Source: Oscillospiraceae bacterium
Lineage (GTDB): Bacteria; Bacillota; Clostridia; Oscillospirales; CAG-272
NCBI GenBank assembly: GCA_015064745.1
Contig: SVRR01000002.1
Location: forward strand, 2,417 to 66,416
Direction of reading: 5' to 3'
DNA length: 64,000 nt
Part shown: positions 52,318 to 63,052 of the stretch, one piece after another
Layout of the letters: each line of letters begins with the position of its first letter
Position numbering within the stretch: the first letter of the stretch is position 1
The notes under the pieces: generated by a model
Seen by the model: only the letters and a program-made list of their open reading frames with translations
Database searches by the model: none
Told to the model about the DNA's origin: nothing
Translations under genes and position numbers: made by a program

Positions 52318-52349
52318 TCAAAAGAAGCCCTTGCTTTCGCAAGGGCTTC
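52318..52349 (-). terminator. Rubrerythrin terminator
   Basis: GAAGCCCTTGC-TTTC-GCAAGGGCTTC with a T-run on the minus strand. Confidence 0.8.
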
Positions 52350-52361
52350 TTCAGCTCTGAA

Positions 52362-52904
52362 TTACTTGAAATATCTGTTAAGCAGTCCCTCGAAAGCCTT
52401 GCCGTGTCGAGCTTCGTCGCGTGCCATTTCGTGAACGGTGTCGTGGATGGCGTCAAGTCCAAGCTCCTTTGCGCGCTTTGCAAGCTCAGTCTTGCCGGCG
52501 GTAGCGCCGTTTTCGGCTTCCACACGCATCTCAAGGTTCTTCTTGGTGGAGTCGGTCACGACTTCTCCAAGGAGCTCTGCAAACTTAGCGGCATGCTCTG
52601 CCTCTTCATAAGCTGCCTTCTCCCAGTAAAGACCGATCTCGGGATAGCCTTCTCTGTGTGCGACTCTTGCCATAGCGAGGTACATACCGACCTCGGTGCA
52701 CTCGCCCATAAAGTTCATGCGAAGACCCTCAATGATCTCAGCGTCAACGCCCTGCGCAACACCGACAACGTGCTCAGCTGCCCAAGCCATGCCTTCCTTC
52801 TGCTCGGTGAACTTGGAAGCAGGTGCTTTGCATTGGGGGCACTTTTCGGGAGCAGCGTCTCCCTCGTGTACGTAGCCGCAGATCGTGCAAACAAACTTTT
52901 TCAT
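52362..52904 (-). CDS. rbr: Reverse rubrerythrin (N-terminal rubredoxin-like, C-terminal ferritin-like domain)
   Basis: [12 protein letters not shown]...CPQCKAP at the N-terminus, then a diiron four-helix bundle with E..H motifs ([17 protein letters not shown]). Confidence 0.9.
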   Translation of the reverse strand: MKKFVCTICGYVHEGDAAPEKCPQCKAPASKFTEQKEGMAWAAEHVVGVAQGVDAEIIEGLRMNFMGECTEVGMYLAMARVAHREGYPEIGLYWEKAAYEEAEHAAKFAELLGEVVTDSTKKNLEMRVEAENGATAGKTELAKRAKELGLDAIHDTVHEMARDEARHGKAFEGLLNRYFK

Positions 52905-52964
52905 ATCAATATCTCCATTTCTTTTTTTGTTTTTTTATTTTCAACCTCTTCGGTTTACGTCTCT

Positions 52965-53007
52965 ATTATAGCATACACTTTTTGAAATGTATGTGACTAA
53001 GTTACAT
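52965..53007 (-). promoter_or_regulatory. Rubrerythrin promoter (TGcTATAAT) overlapped by inverted repeats, candidate PerR/Fur-family operator
   Basis: -10 at 52965-52970 (minus). CATACA-N13-TGTATG (52972-52993). Near-palindrome ATGTGACTAAGTTACAT (52991-53007). Confidence 0.4.
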
Positions 53008-53126
53008 ATCTTTTGGAAAATTTTTCTTTTTTCGACGGGAAAGGAGAATTTACGGATAAGTATTGCTTTTTTCACCTTTTTCTTTTATAATAAAGGGGAC
53101 TAAATAATATCCCGAAAGGAAATCTC

Positions 53127-54176
53127 GTGAAAATGCTTCGCACTGCTTTAGCGCTCTTTTTGACATTGGCGCTTCTTTTGTCTGCCGTTGGCTGCGGTTA
53201 TTCCCCCATCAAGTCCTCGGATGAGGAGCTTGCAACCGTTTTAACGCTTGACGGCTCCTTTGATGTCCCTTACGAGCTGTATCGCTTCTATTTCCTATCT
53301 GAGCTGGCGCTCGCGGAGAAGGATCCTGCTACGTTAAACGAACAGGAAAAAACGGCGTTTTTTGCCGAAATTCAGAAAAAAACGCTGGAAGAGATCTCCG
53401 GTGTTTACGCTGTGTTTAAACTCGCGAAAGAGTATGATATTGATGTGGAGTCAAGAGAGTTCGATAAATACGTAAAGGAAGGCGTCATCTCTGCGGTGGA
53501 GGGGGACGAGAGCTATCTCGGCTACGGCGATTACGATACCTATCTTTCCGAGATCGGTAAGGCTTATATGAACGACAGCGTTTTTCGCTTTTTGCTCCGT
53601 TACCGCTACGCGGAACAAAAGCTTGCCGCGCTTTTACGTGACACGGACGTCTTGAAAAGCGACGCGGAATCCGTTCTTTCTTATATGAACAGCGACGAAT
53701 GCGTGCGCGTTTCGTGGGTGTATATTCCTTACACCGTTTTGCCCGGATACACCGAAAGAAGACTCACCGAGATGGCGGATGAGGCGAAGAGCGCCACCGA
53801 TGCCGAGTTTCTCGCTATGACCCACAGCGTTGTTCCCGACGCCTACACCGATGCCGAGCTTGACACGGGCTTCTATATCGGAAAATACCAGCTTGACCCC
53901 TACTTTGAAGCGCTTACCGAGACCGCCTTTTCATTGGAGTTGGGGGAGACCTCGTCTTGGATCGATTCGGGTGACGGAAAATACCTTGTCCGCCGTCTTC
54001 CCAAGGATGAGAGCTATCTATCCGATGATAAAAATCTTCCCGATTTCACGGAGTATTATCTTTTGAACAGCTTTTATCGCTGTTTGTCTGAGGAAGCCGC
54101 ACGGTTGTCCTCGACAGTCGCATATGCGTCCGCTTACGAGACGCTTTCCTTCGACACCGTCAAGATGCCGGAGTGA
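53127..54176 (+). CDS. Lipoprotein, possibly a SurA-N/PrsA-like foldase
   Basis: Lipobox LSAVGC. Weak resemblance to PrsA/SurA chaperones (GDGKYLVRRL near the C-terminus). Start at GTG 53127 or ATG 53133. Confidence 0.45.
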   Translation: MKMLRTALALFLTLALLLSAVGCGYSPIKSSDEELATVLTLDGSFDVPYELYRFYFLSELALAEKDPATLNEQEKTAFFAEIQKKTLEEISGVYAVFKLAKEYDIDVESREFDKYVKEGVISAVEGDESYLGYGDYDTYLSEIGKAYMNDSVFRFLLRYRYAEQKLAALLRDTDVLKSDAESVLSYMNSDECVRVSWVYIPYTVLPGYTERRLTEMADEAKSATDAEFLAMTHSVVPDAYTDAELDTGFYIGKYQLDPYFEALTETAFSLELGETSSWIDSGDGKYLVRRLPKDESYLSDDKNLPDFTEYYLLNSFYRCLSEEAARLSSTVAYASAYETLSFDTVKMPE

Positions 54177-54179
54177 CCT

Positions 54180-54731
54180 ATGCAGACGGTTATCGAAAAC
54201 TTAAAAACTCACGTGGGGACACGGCTTCCGCATGAGGTCGTTTCGCTTTTGCGTGCATTGCACCGTGCTGCGAGAGGGTTGCTTGACAGCGATGCAACCC
54301 TAAACGCTTCGGAGGAAATGTACGCCGTTTTTGAAGAAGAAAGCGGCGTTTGCGCGCTTGCCATTCTTTGTGTCGGCTTTTCTCGCTACGCGCGCTCACT
54401 TGCCTTTTCTGCGGAGGAAACACCGCATAAAATACTTCTTCGCTTGACAGGGGTACGGCGTAAGGATGGCGATTCCCTTGATTATCGGGATATTTTACCT
54501 GAAAGGGAAGCGTGTCGCCGTGCGCTTGATTCGTTTTTGACTCAAAACCGTATGGCGTATGAGTTTGCGGAGCGGGAAGGGGAGTTGTGTCTCACCGTTG
54601 CTTTCCCACGATTTTTGGCGGATAGCTACGACGTGTGCGCGGTGGATGCGGAAAATATTTGCGGTACGTTTTACAACGTTATGCTGTTTCTCGCGGGGGA
54701 TGAACCCAAGCGTCCCTTGCCTCTTGTTTGA
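54180..54731 (+). CDS. Hypothetical protein, 183 aa
   Basis: ORF with coding-like composition, followed by a clean terminator. No motif recognised. Confidence 0.55.
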   Translation: MQTVIENLKTHVGTRLPHEVVSLLRALHRAARGLLDSDATLNASEEMYAVFEEESGVCALAILCVGFSRYARSLAFSAEETPHKILLRLTGVRRKDGDSLDYRDILPEREACRRALDSFLTQNRMAYEFAEREGELCLTVAFPRFLADSYDVCAVDAENICGTFYNVMLFLAGDEPKRPLPLV

Positions 54732-54743
54732 GCCAAGAATTGC

Positions 54744-54776
54744 AAAACACGGCTTTTTTGAGCCGTGTTTTTTTTC
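54744..54776 (+). terminator. Rho-independent terminator
   Basis: AAAACACGGCT-TTTTTG-AGCCGTGTTTT + T-run. Confidence 0.8.
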
Positions 54777-54892
54777 GTGAGGCGCGGTTTTATTCGGTGC
54801 GTTTCAAAAGCATTCGTATAAAGTTTGCGATACAAGGGAAAATACAAGGGGAAAGCGTAACTTTATACATTTACCGAAAAAAGGAAGTGCCA

Positions 54893-55726
54893 ATGGTTTG
54901 GGAAACGATTGCTGCTCGTAGGGAGCAAAGACGTCAAAAAAAGGAAAAAACAAGCACTTGTCGAGGGGAGAGTCTTCCCGTTGTTCGGGTTCTCGATATC
55001 CCGTATTTTGACGGCGATATGGAGAATGCGGTCAACCGTGTGCTCCCATTTATAAAAAGCCGCTCTCCTTTTGCTGTCTTCACTCCGGGAGCAACCGTTG
55101 CCGCCCGCGCAGCAAAAGAGCCCACGCTTGCCGCGCTTTTAAAAACGGCGGATATGATTTTGCCCGATGGATGCGGCTGCCTTTTGGCGGCGCGCCTGTG
55201 CGGTAAAAGGCTTAAAGAGCGTATCGCGGGCATTGATTTTGCTGAAAAGCTGTTTAGGGAGGCGGAAAAAATCTCTGCCCGCGTTTTTTTGTACGGCGCA
55301 AAAGAAGGGGTTGCCGAACGCGCCGCCGTACGGCTAAGGGGGAAATACCCGTCTTTGATCTTCGCTTCTGCCTGCGGTTATGGGGAAGATCCGTGGGAAA
55401 GAATTGCCGCTTTTTGTCCGCACGTCGTTTGCGTTTGTCTTGGCGCGGGAAAACAAGAAGCCTGGATTGCAGAGCACAAAGAGAAGGTGGGCGGCGTTAT
55501 GATGGGGCTTGGGGGGAGTCTTGACGTTTGGGCGGGGGAGGTTCGCCGCGCGCCGCGCGCTTTTCAGCGTATGGGACTTGAATGGGCGTACCGAACGGTG
55601 CGTGAGCCAAAAAGAATAGTTCGCCTTTTTACGGTACCGCGCTATTTGCTTGCGTGCGCCTTGTCACGTCGTTCGTCAAAATGCCAAAATAAGAAAAAAA
55701 ACAAAGGGAACGATGGCAAAATGTAA
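54893..55726 (+). CDS. tagA: WecB/TagA/CpsF-family (GT26) glycosyltransferase
   Basis: MVWETI... start after the terminator. ILPDGCGCLLAARL...VFLYGAKEGVAERAA...GLEWAYR family pattern. Confidence 0.8.
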   Translation: MVWETIAARREQRRQKKEKTSTCRGESLPVVRVLDIPYFDGDMENAVNRVLPFIKSRSPFAVFTPGATVAARAAKEPTLAALLKTADMILPDGCGCLLAARLCGKRLKERIAGIDFAEKLFREAEKISARVFLYGAKEGVAERAAVRLRGKYPSLIFASACGYGEDPWERIAAFCPHVVCVCLGAGKQEAWIAEHKEKVGGVMMGLGGSLDVWAGEVRRAPRAFQRMGLEWAYRTVREPKRIVRLFTVPRYLLACALSRRSSKCQNKKKNKGNDGKM

Positions 55727-55755
55727 CAAATTTGATAAAAAAATGCCAAGCCCTA

Positions 55756-55784
55756 TTGCAAACTGAAAAAGACTGTGCTATAAT
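55756..55784 (+). promoter_or_regulatory. Predicted gap promoter
   Basis: TTGCAA, 17-nt spacer, TGcTATAAT. Confidence 0.6.
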
Positions 55785-55860
55785 ACTTGATTGGTGAAGA
55801 GGAAATCTTTGCCACAGAATCGTTTTTCAAAAAATATATATAAAATCGGAGGAAGAAATC

Positions 55861-56883
55861 ATGTCAGTAAAAGTTGCCATTAACGGCTTTGGCCGTATCG
55901 GCCGTCTCGCATTCAGACAGATGTTTGGTGCGGAAGGCTACGAGGTTGTTGCCATCAACGACCTTACCAGCCCCAAGATGCTCGCTCACCTTCTCAAGTA
56001 CGATACCGCTCAGGGTAACTACGTTGCTATGGGCCACACCGTATCCGCAGACGACGAGGCAGGCACCATCACCGTAGACGGCAAGACCCTTAAGATCTAC
56101 GCAGAGAAGAACGCAGCTGACTGCCCTTGGGGTGAGCTCGGCGTTGACGTCGTTCTTGAGTGCACCGGCTTCTACTGCTCCAAGGAGAAGTCCATGGCTC
56201 ACATCCAGGCAGGCGCAAAGAAGGTCGTTATCTCTGCTCCCGCAGGCAACGATCTTAAGACCATCGTTTACAGCGTAAACGACAACACCCTGACCGCAGA
56301 CGACCAGATCATCTCTGCCGCATCCTGCACCACCAACTGCCTCGCTCCCATGGCTAAGGCTCTCAACGACTACGCTCCCATCCAGTCCGGTATCATGACC
56401 ACCGTTCATGCTTACACCGGCGACCAGATGGTTCTTGACGGCCCCCACAGAAAGGGTGACCTCCGCCGCGCTCGTGCCGCTGCTCAGAACATCGTTCCCA
56501 ACTCCACCGGTGCTGCTAAGGCAATCGGTCTCGTTATCCCCGAGCTGAACGGCAAGCTCATCGGCTCTGCTCAGCGCGTTCCCACCTGCACCGGCTCTAC
56601 CACCATTCTCGTGGCTGTCGTTAAGGGCAAGGACGTTACCAAGGAAGGCATCAACGCCGCAATGAAGGCTGCTGCAAGCGAGTCCTTCGGTTACAACGAG
56701 GACGAGATCGTTTCCTCCGACGTTATCGGTATGCGCTTCGGCTCTCTCTTTGACGCTACCCAGACCATGGTCGCTAAGATCGACGACGATACCTATCAGG
56801 TACAGGTCGTTTCGTGGTACGACAACGAGAACTCCTACACCTCTCAGATGGTTCGCACCATCAAGTATTTCGCAGAGCTGTAA
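55861..56883 (+). CDS. gap: Glyceraldehyde-3-phosphate dehydrogenase
   Basis: [15 protein letters not shown] and SCTTNCLAP active site. 340 aa. Confidence 0.97.
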   Translation: MSVKVAINGFGRIGRLAFRQMFGAEGYEVVAINDLTSPKMLAHLLKYDTAQGNYVAMGHTVSADDEAGTITVDGKTLKIYAEKNAADCPWGELGVDVVLECTGFYCSKEKSMAHIQAGAKKVVISAPAGNDLKTIVYSVNDNTLTADDQIISAASCTTNCLAPMAKALNDYAPIQSGIMTTVHAYTGDQMVLDGPHRKGDLRRARAAAQNIVPNSTGAAKAIGLVIPELNGKLIGSAQRVPTCTGSTTILVAVVKGKDVTKEGINAAMKAAASESFGYNEDEIVSSDVIGMRFGSLFDATQTMVAKIDDDTYQVQVVSWYDNENSYTSQMVRTIKYFAEL

Positions 56884-56896
56884 TTTTTACACTCGC

Positions 56897-56928
56897 AAGC
56901 GCCCACGCACATAGCGTGGGCGCTTTTG
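56897..56928 (+). terminator. gap terminator
   Basis: AAGCGCCCACGC-ACATA-GCGTGGGCGCTT + TT. Confidence 0.8.
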
Positions 56929-57047
56929 CATCTTTTTCGCAAAAATAGTGATTTTGCAAGAATAAAAATGCAGAAAACCTTGACTTTTGTTTATCCATGA
57001 GTATAATAATAAGCAGTTGACCCAATAAAAATTTTTGGAGGCATATT

Positions 57048-57911
57048 ATGAAAAAGATTATTTCTCTCGCGCTCGCACTTGTAATGCTCCTTGGCATGGT
57101 CGGCGTGCTCGCGTCCTGCGGCGACGATGCGATCATCGTTCACACCAACGCGTTCTTTGCTCCCTTCGAGTATTATGACGGCGATGTGATCAAGGGCGTT
57201 GACGTTGAGATCATGAATCTTGTTGGCGAAAAGCTTGGCAAGGAGATCAAGTTTGAGAACGTAGAATTTTCCGCCATCATCGATAACGTTAAGGCAGGCG
57301 AGGTCTGTGACGCAGGTGCGGCAGGCATTACCATTACGGATGAAAGAAAGGAAAAGGTAGACTTCTCCATTCCTTACTACACCTCCGTACAGTACGTTAT
57401 CTTCAAGGACGGCACCGTTGAGACCAAAACGGTAGACGGCGTTGATTACATCGTATGGGAAGCCCTTGCAGGCAAGACCATCGGCGTACAGACCGATACC
57501 ACCGGTTGGATCTACACCGACGGTGAGATCAATGCTACCGAGGACAACGACTACGGCTATGCAGGTGTTCTTTACGACACCGACACCGAGCTCAAGAACT
57601 TTGACACCGCGCAGCTTGCTGCTGACGGCATCATTGCCAACAACAACGACGTTGTTATCATCGATGAGCTTCCCGCGCAGTACATCGTTTCCAAGAATTC
57701 TGCCCTTAAGTGCCTGCCCCTCTACTATTCGGGCGAGACCGATGCGGAAGATGCTCCCGTAGAAGAGCAGTACGCAATCTGCGTGACCAAGGGCAACACC
57801 GAGCTTCTTGACGCCATCAACGCGGTTCTTACCGACCTTATGAAGAAGGACGATGCAGGCAAGACCGAAATCGAAAAGATGGTTATGAGACACATGGGTC
57901 TCGGCGAATAA
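57048..57911 (+). CDS. Amino-acid ABC transporter substrate-binding lipoprotein
   Basis: Lipobox LASCG and a family-3 SBP pattern (FAPFEYYDG...GFDVEIMN-like). Confidence 0.88.
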   Translation: MKKIISLALALVMLLGMVGVLASCGDDAIIVHTNAFFAPFEYYDGDVIKGVDVEIMNLVGEKLGKEIKFENVEFSAIIDNVKAGEVCDAGAAGITITDERKEKVDFSIPYYTSVQYVIFKDGTVETKTVDGVDYIVWEALAGKTIGVQTDTTGWIYTDGEINATEDNDYGYAGVLYDTDTELKNFDTAQLAADGIIANNNDVVIIDELPAQYIVSKNSALKCLPLYYSGETDAEDAPVEEQYAICVTKGNTELLDAINAVLTDLMKKDDAGKTEIEKMVMRHMGLGE

Positions 57912-57983
57912 TTCGCAAAAAAATATTTGCGGAAAAAGAACCGACGGAAGTGCGGTTCTTTTTCCTCGTAAAGGGAATCAAAA

Positions 57984-58676
57984 ATGGATTTTATCACAAA
58001 GATCATAGAGCTCTTTTCCACGGAAAAATATATGAGCAGTATTTGGAAGGGGCTTGAGACTACGCTCGTCATTTCGGTGCTTGCCGCCCTGCTCGGACTT
58101 GTGCTGGGTACGATCGTTGCTTTCGTCACGATTGCAAACGATACGAAGTGGATGAAGATTCCGAAGATTATCTGTAAAATATATATCACAGTAATTCGCG
58201 GCACGCCGATGGCACTTCAGCTCTTTATCATGGCGTACGTTATTTTTGCCATTCGCGGCTTTCCTCAGGTGATTACCGCAACCATCGCGTTCGGTATCAA
58301 CTCAGGTGCCTATGTTGCCGAGAGCATCCGCGCGGGCATCCTTTCCGTAGACATCGGTCAGACGGAGGCAGGACGCGCGCTCGGTCTTCCCGGACGTATC
58401 ACAATGCTGAGGATCGTGATCCCGCAGGCGATCAAAAACGTCATTCCCGCAATCGGTAACGAGCTTATCGCTCTTATTAAGGAAACGTCTATCGTCAGCA
58501 TGATCGGTATGTATGACTTAACTATGGCGGCAAAGATCATCGGTAGCGGTAATAACATGGCAAGCTACATCGTGCCTATGGCAGTCGTTGCTATGTTCTA
58601 TCTCGCGATTGTCTACATTCTGACCTTTGGCATCAAAAAAATCGAAAGGAGGCTCCGCGCAAGTGATAGACGCTAA
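57984..58676 (+). CDS. Amino-acid ABC transporter permease (His/Glu/Gln/Arg/opine family)
   Basis: 230 aa. VIRGTP...LQLF and [11 protein letters not shown]-loop. Confidence 0.9.
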   Translation: MDFITKIIELFSTEKYMSSIWKGLETTLVISVLAALLGLVLGTIVAFVTIANDTKWMKIPKIICKIYITVIRGTPMALQLFIMAYVIFAIRGFPQVITATIAFGINSGAYVAESIRAGILSVDIGQTEAGRALGLPGRITMLRIVIPQAIKNVIPAIGNELIALIKETSIVSMIGMYDLTMAAKIIGSGNNMASYIVPMAVVAMFYLAIVYILTFGIKKIERRLRASDRR

Positions 58677-59466
58677 GAATATTTATAAATCCTTTGGCTC
58701 ACTTCAAGTGCTTCGCGGTGTTTCCACCGAAATTAAGGATGGCGAAAAGGTTGCTATCATCGGTCCCTCGGGAAGCGGAAAGTCCACCTTTCTCCGCTGT
58801 ATGAATCTTCTTGAAATCCCCTCGGCAGGAGAGGTGTGGCTTGAAAACGATCTTATCACCACGTGCGACCCCACCTTGCACCCTGAGCTTTCCGCGCTTT
58901 CCGGCAGAGACTTGAAGCGCGCCCGCGCGGCGTTTGAGAAGGAGCATCGTCTTGACATCAACCTCGCCCGTCAAAAGATGGGCATGGTGTTCCAGCACTT
59001 TAATCTCTTTAACAATCTCACCGTTCTTCAAAACCTTATGCTGGCTCCCGTACAGCTCAAGCTGAAGACCAAGGAAGAGGCTGAGGAAACGGCACGCGCT
59101 CTCCTCCGCCGCATTGGACTTGAGGATAAAGCAAACGTTTATCCTTCCACCCTGTCGGGCGGTCAAAAGCAGAGAATTGCTATCGTTCGCGCCCTTGCCA
59201 TGAACCCGAAGGTCATGCTCTTCGATGAGCCTACGAGCGCGCTCGACCCCGAAATGGTCGGCGAGGTGCTTGATCTCATCCGTGAGCTTGCCGATGAAGG
59301 CATGACCATGGTCATCGTTACCCACGAAATGGGCTTCGCCCGCGAGGTCGCTGACCGCGTGCTCTTCATGAGCGACGGTGTGATTACCGAGGAAGGCACC
59401 CCTGCCGAGCTTTTCGACAACCCCAAAAACGAAAGAACGAAGCAATTCCTTCGTTGCGTATTATAA
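58663..59466 (+). CDS. Amino-acid ABC transporter ATP-binding protein
   Basis: GTG start behind AGGAGG. Walker [10 protein letters not shown], signature LSGGQKQR, Walker [12 protein letters not shown]. Confidence 0.92.
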   Translation: MIDAKNIYKSFGSLQVLRGVSTEIKDGEKVAIIGPSGSGKSTFLRCMNLLEIPSAGEVWLENDLITTCDPTLHPELSALSGRDLKRARAAFEKEHRLDINLARQKMGMVFQHFNLFNNLTVLQNLMLAPVQLKLKTKEEAEETARALLRRIGLEDKANVYPSTLSGGQKQRIAIVRALAMNPKVMLFDEPTSALDPEMVGEVLDLIRELADEGMTMVIVTHEMGFAREVADRVLFMSDGVITEEGTPAELFDNPKNERTKQFLRCVL

Positions 59467-59479
59467 TCAAACCTTATAC

Positions 59480-59511
59480 AAAAAACGCCATCATTCGATG
59501 GCGTTTTTATT
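59480..59511. terminator. Bidirectional terminator
   Basis: A6 + AACGCCATC-ATTC-GATGGCGTT + T-run. Confidence 0.8.
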
Positions 59512-59513
59512 TT

Positions 59514-59684
59514 TTATTCTACAACCGTATATTCCATCATTTCATAATGGAGCTTTGTACCTATATCAATACCATCGGGCAAGAGCGCCATGGCGATGAA
59601 GAGCTCTTCGCCTGTTTCGGTGTTGATGAGTATGGCGTATTCGCCCTCGATCCGCTTTACGGTATAATCGTGTGCTTCTAACAT
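59514..59684 (-). CDS. Small DUF3006-like protein (56 aa)
   Basis: MLEAHDYTVKRIEGEYAILINTETGEELFIAMALLPDGIDIGTKL. Start behind AAGGGA. The longer track ORF starts inside a palindrome. Confidence 0.5.
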   Translation of the reverse strand: MLEAHDYTVKRIEGEYAILINTETGEELFIAMALLPDGIDIGTKLHYEMMEYTVVE

Positions 59685-59714
59685 ATTAGATCCCTTTATG
59701 AAGTTTTTGAAGGT

Positions 59715-59742
59715 GCGGAAACTTTTTTCAAAAAGTTTCCGC
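59715..59742 (-). other. Perfect 13-bp-stem palindrome directly after the stop of the 59751 gene
   Basis: GCGGAAACTTTTT-TC-AAAAAGTTTCCGC. No trailing T-run on the minus strand, so terminator function is uncertain. Confidence 0.45.
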
Positions 59743-59750
59743 ATTTCCTT

Positions 59751-61502
59751 TTAGAACGTGAATACGACGAAGTCTGCCGCCGAAACGGTCGCGTAGTAGG
59801 TCTTGTCATCTACCTTTTCAAGGTGGATGTCCTCGCGCGCGTTCTTGAAGACTTCAAGCGCGCCGTTCTTCAAGGTGATCTTCACGCGCTTGTCGCAGGC
59901 ACGGTTGATCACGTCGCCCTTGGCGCTCGTGCGCATATTGCCTTCGTTATTGAAGACGGTGAGGAAGCGGCGTCCCTTGTCGTCGGTCGATACCAGCCAA
60001 TGAAGACCGTCTACGTATACGGGCATCACTTCGGGGATAACGCGGTCAAGCTCGTTTGTGAGTTTGCCGATGTCGGCGCCGGAAAGGATCTTTTGCGCCA
60101 TAGCGGGGTTTGCCTTGGCAAATCTGCCGTCCGCCGTTGCGTCAATCAGGTAGTCGTACTTCGCAAGCTGCTCGTCGGTGGCATCCTCGTAGACGATATC
60201 AAATACGTCACCGAAGCGGCCGTTGGCAAGCACGTGTCCCTCGTTGCCGAATGCCTCCTCGGGAACGCGGTTGAAGAGAAGCGTCAGAAGATCCTCAATG
60301 TGACCGTAGTATTCGCTTTCGGCTTCGGTGAGCTTTACCGACATGTATTTTCCGCGGCGGGTGCCGATATAGCAACGCTCATCGAAGGTCTCGGGAATCT
60401 CAACACAGGCGTAGTCGAGAGGAAGCACAAGGGCGATAGGAGTCTTTGCTTCGATGCCGTGAATACCCGCGGCGGTGTCAATGAACTCTTTTTTTACCTT
60501 GCCGTAGGGGGTAAGAACGTAGTCCTTCGTGTCGTAGTAGCTGCAACGGAATCCCCATTCCTCGCCGAAATAATCAGCGCCGGACATGAGGGTGTGGAAG
60601 TAGAGGCGCTCTTGGAGAAGTCTTGAGCTTCCGCCGTTCTCGCCGTGGGTGGTATAGTCGTCGTTGCCGTGCAGGTCTTGCGTCAAATACCATTCGTTAA
60701 AGCCATCCTCGGTGAAGCAGGGCATGCAATAGCGTATGTTGCCCTCCTCGTTTCTGTCCGCACGCCAGCACTCGTAATAAGTACCCCAAGTCTTTCCCTT
60801 TGCCCTTGCCGTACCGCGCGCAAGCGCCACAGCCTGGCGCATGAGAGGAATCTGACAGCCGACCTCCGGCATAAAGGTACGCATGCCAAGCTCATCCTGC
60901 ATTTTGGTAAAGAGGAAATAGCTGTCAACGGGCAGAATGTTGTTTGCCGTACCCTCCATGCGCCAAGCGAAGAGCGCGCGGATCTCCTCAATGAAATCCT
61001 TTACCGTCTCGGCGTAGGTGAGGTTCGCATAATATTCGGGTGTTCCCTGCGAGAAGGAAACCAGCCTTTCGCCATCGGCGGTGACGGCATTCTTTGAAAG
61101 CAGCTTTCCACGAAGCTCTGCGGGATCAAAGCCGCTTTTTTTGCCTGTCACTCATAAAATCTTTGCCCAGTCCGAGTTGCGGCGGTTGGATGCGCTCTCG
61201 TGAAGCTGGAAGCCGAGAAATTGGTCTCCGAGGATATTTCTGTACTCCTCAATGAGCGCCATATCCAGCTTGTAGGACGGCATATAGGTGGTACCGCCCG
61301 CCAAGCGGTCCACGTAAAAGGGAATGTGATTGTCCTTGATGAGGTGATAAAGAGGTGTGCCTTTGGCGGCGTATTCGTTGAAAAGGTACTTTTTGGGGAT
61401 GGGAAAATCGTGTTGAAGCTTAAAAGCGCTGTCAGCGTTTAAAAGCCCGTTTTTCTCAAGTCCCTCAACCCAGTCCTCGCGGTAAACGTGAAAAAATTTC
61501 AT
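59751..61502 (-). pseudogene. About 583-aa hypothetical (glycoside-hydrolase-like by context only) interrupted by one in-frame TGA
   Basis: Track ORFs 61152-61502 and 59751-61151 are in the same frame (...DWAKIL-TGA-VTGKKSGF...). The paralog at 21574-22737 has Arg (CGC) at the aligned position. Confidence 0.6.
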
Positions 61503-62310
61503 AGCATTGCCTCCTGCTTTTTATGCTTTTTTCTCCTGTATTCTTTGGGGGTCATTCCAACGATCTCTTGAAAGCATCGGTTAAAGGTGCGAATGAAATT
61601 GTATCCGACCGAATAAGCGATCTCTGTGATGGGGGTATCATCAAGTTTAAGCATCTCGCACGCGCGGCTGATGCGTAGGGAATTGATGTAGTCGTTAAAG
61701 CCGATGTGCAGCTTGCGGTTAAACAAATGCGAAATGTAATAGCGGCTGATGTGCAGCTTATCCGAAATGGTCTGCAATGAAATATCGGTATCGTAATTCT
61801 CATAGCAAAAGTGAATGATGTTTTTCATAACGTCGGTTTCACACGAGCCGTTCTCTCTTAGCGGCATTGCGCGGAACAGCTCGCTGAAAAGAACGAGAAG
61901 ATAGCCCCGTACGGCGATATCCGCATATTTGGCGTTTTTTGCGTGAAGGTCGATCGCGCCCGCAATCGCCTTTACAATATGCTCGTTTTCGCTCGCGTGT
62001 AAAACGAGAGGTGTTTGGGGATCATCGTTTTAAAGACCTGACCGAATTCGGGACAAATGTCGGGAGACGCGATCAAGATCTCATGGAGAACGGTGGGTGT
62101 CTCGTCAAGATAATAATGAATTTGATTGGGAAAGGCAATAAACAGATCCCCTGTCGAAACGGTGACGGAGACGTCGTCCGCTATCGCGACGGTGGTGCCC
62201 TCCTTAACGAGCACGATCTCCACCTGGGAATGGAGGTGAGGTGTGGGCGAAAGAGACTTTCCGCGCCGCGCTTCGTATGCGTGTGGTTTTCTCTCAAGCG
62301 TAAAAAGCAT
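61499..62310 (-). pseudogene. AraC-family regulator split by a frameshift at a C4 run (or an assembly error)
   Basis: Cupin half 61972-62310 and HTH half 61499-61867. Making G4 at 62017-62020 (+) into G5 gives ...FKTMIPQTPLVLHASENEHIVKAIAG...RAMPLRENG... uninterrupted. Confidence 0.75.
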
Positions 62311-62476
62311 ACGCCCATCCCCTCCTTTGCGATTTGTTGCAATATTTGTCCTGTAAAAAACTCTCTGTGTCTTGTATTATACAGCAAGATAGATTGAAAT
62401 ACAAGTAGGTTATACCTATAAATGACTGATTTTTACAAAAAAACATTGGTTCCGTATATAAAAGTGAAAGGAAAGG

Positions 62477-62905
62477 ATGAATCACATGAAGAAAAGAGTT
62501 GCTATCGTCGGTTACGGCGGGCAGGGCGGCTGGCACGGAGATCACGCAATGAAGAGCGATGTCGTGGAGCTTGCCGGCATTTATGATATTAAGCCTGCGC
62601 GCGAGGAGGCGCAGGTCGTAAAGTGCAAATATTGGCATGAAAACGACGTTCTTCCCGTGCAGACTGCCGCAGGCATCACCAAGACCATGGCACCGCGTGA
62701 CGAGATCACCACCGATACCTATACCGTTCCCCGTCCCGTGAGTGACGTGCACGACTTCTATCGCAACCTCGTCCGCGCCATTGACGGCAAGGAGGAGCAG
62801 CTCATCAAGCATTCGGAGGTTCGCCGCGTCTTAAAGGTCATGGAGGCGGCGCTCGAATCCGACGAAAAGGGCAGTATGCCTGTTGCGTTTGATGAAGAAA
62901 AATAA
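62477..62905 (+). pseudogene. Gfo/Idh/MocA oxidoreductase with a large internal deletion (142 aa left)
   Basis: Rossmann start KRVAIVGYGGQGGWH...ELAGIYDIKPAREEA jumps to the C-terminal tail DFYRNLVRAIDGKEEQLIKHSEVRRVLKVMEAALES. About 180-200 central residues are absent. Confidence 0.55.
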
Positions 62906-62920
62906 AGAAGACGGTTCTCT

Positions 62921-62955
62921 AACAACCGATACGGCTTCGTATCGGTTGTTTTTTA
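62921..62955 (+). terminator. Rho-independent terminator
   Basis: AACAACCGATACG-GCTT-CGTATCGGTTGTT + T5. Confidence 0.8.
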
Positions 62956-63052
62956 ACGTTTTTTAAAAGCCGTGCGTTTTTCTCCTTTTTTTTTGTTACA
63001 ATAGAAGCAGTAGATATTATTGACCGATATAAAAAAGGAAGGAAAACGGTAA

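Noticed and set aside
61152-61154. In-frame TGA as selenocysteine or an alternative genetic code (TGA as Trp or Gly).
   Set aside because: TGA clearly terminates many well-defined genes here, including metF, the activation-domain gene, mgtE and rplM. The aligned paralog residue is Arg rather than Cys, Trp or Gly. I saw no obvious SECIS-like hairpin just downstream.
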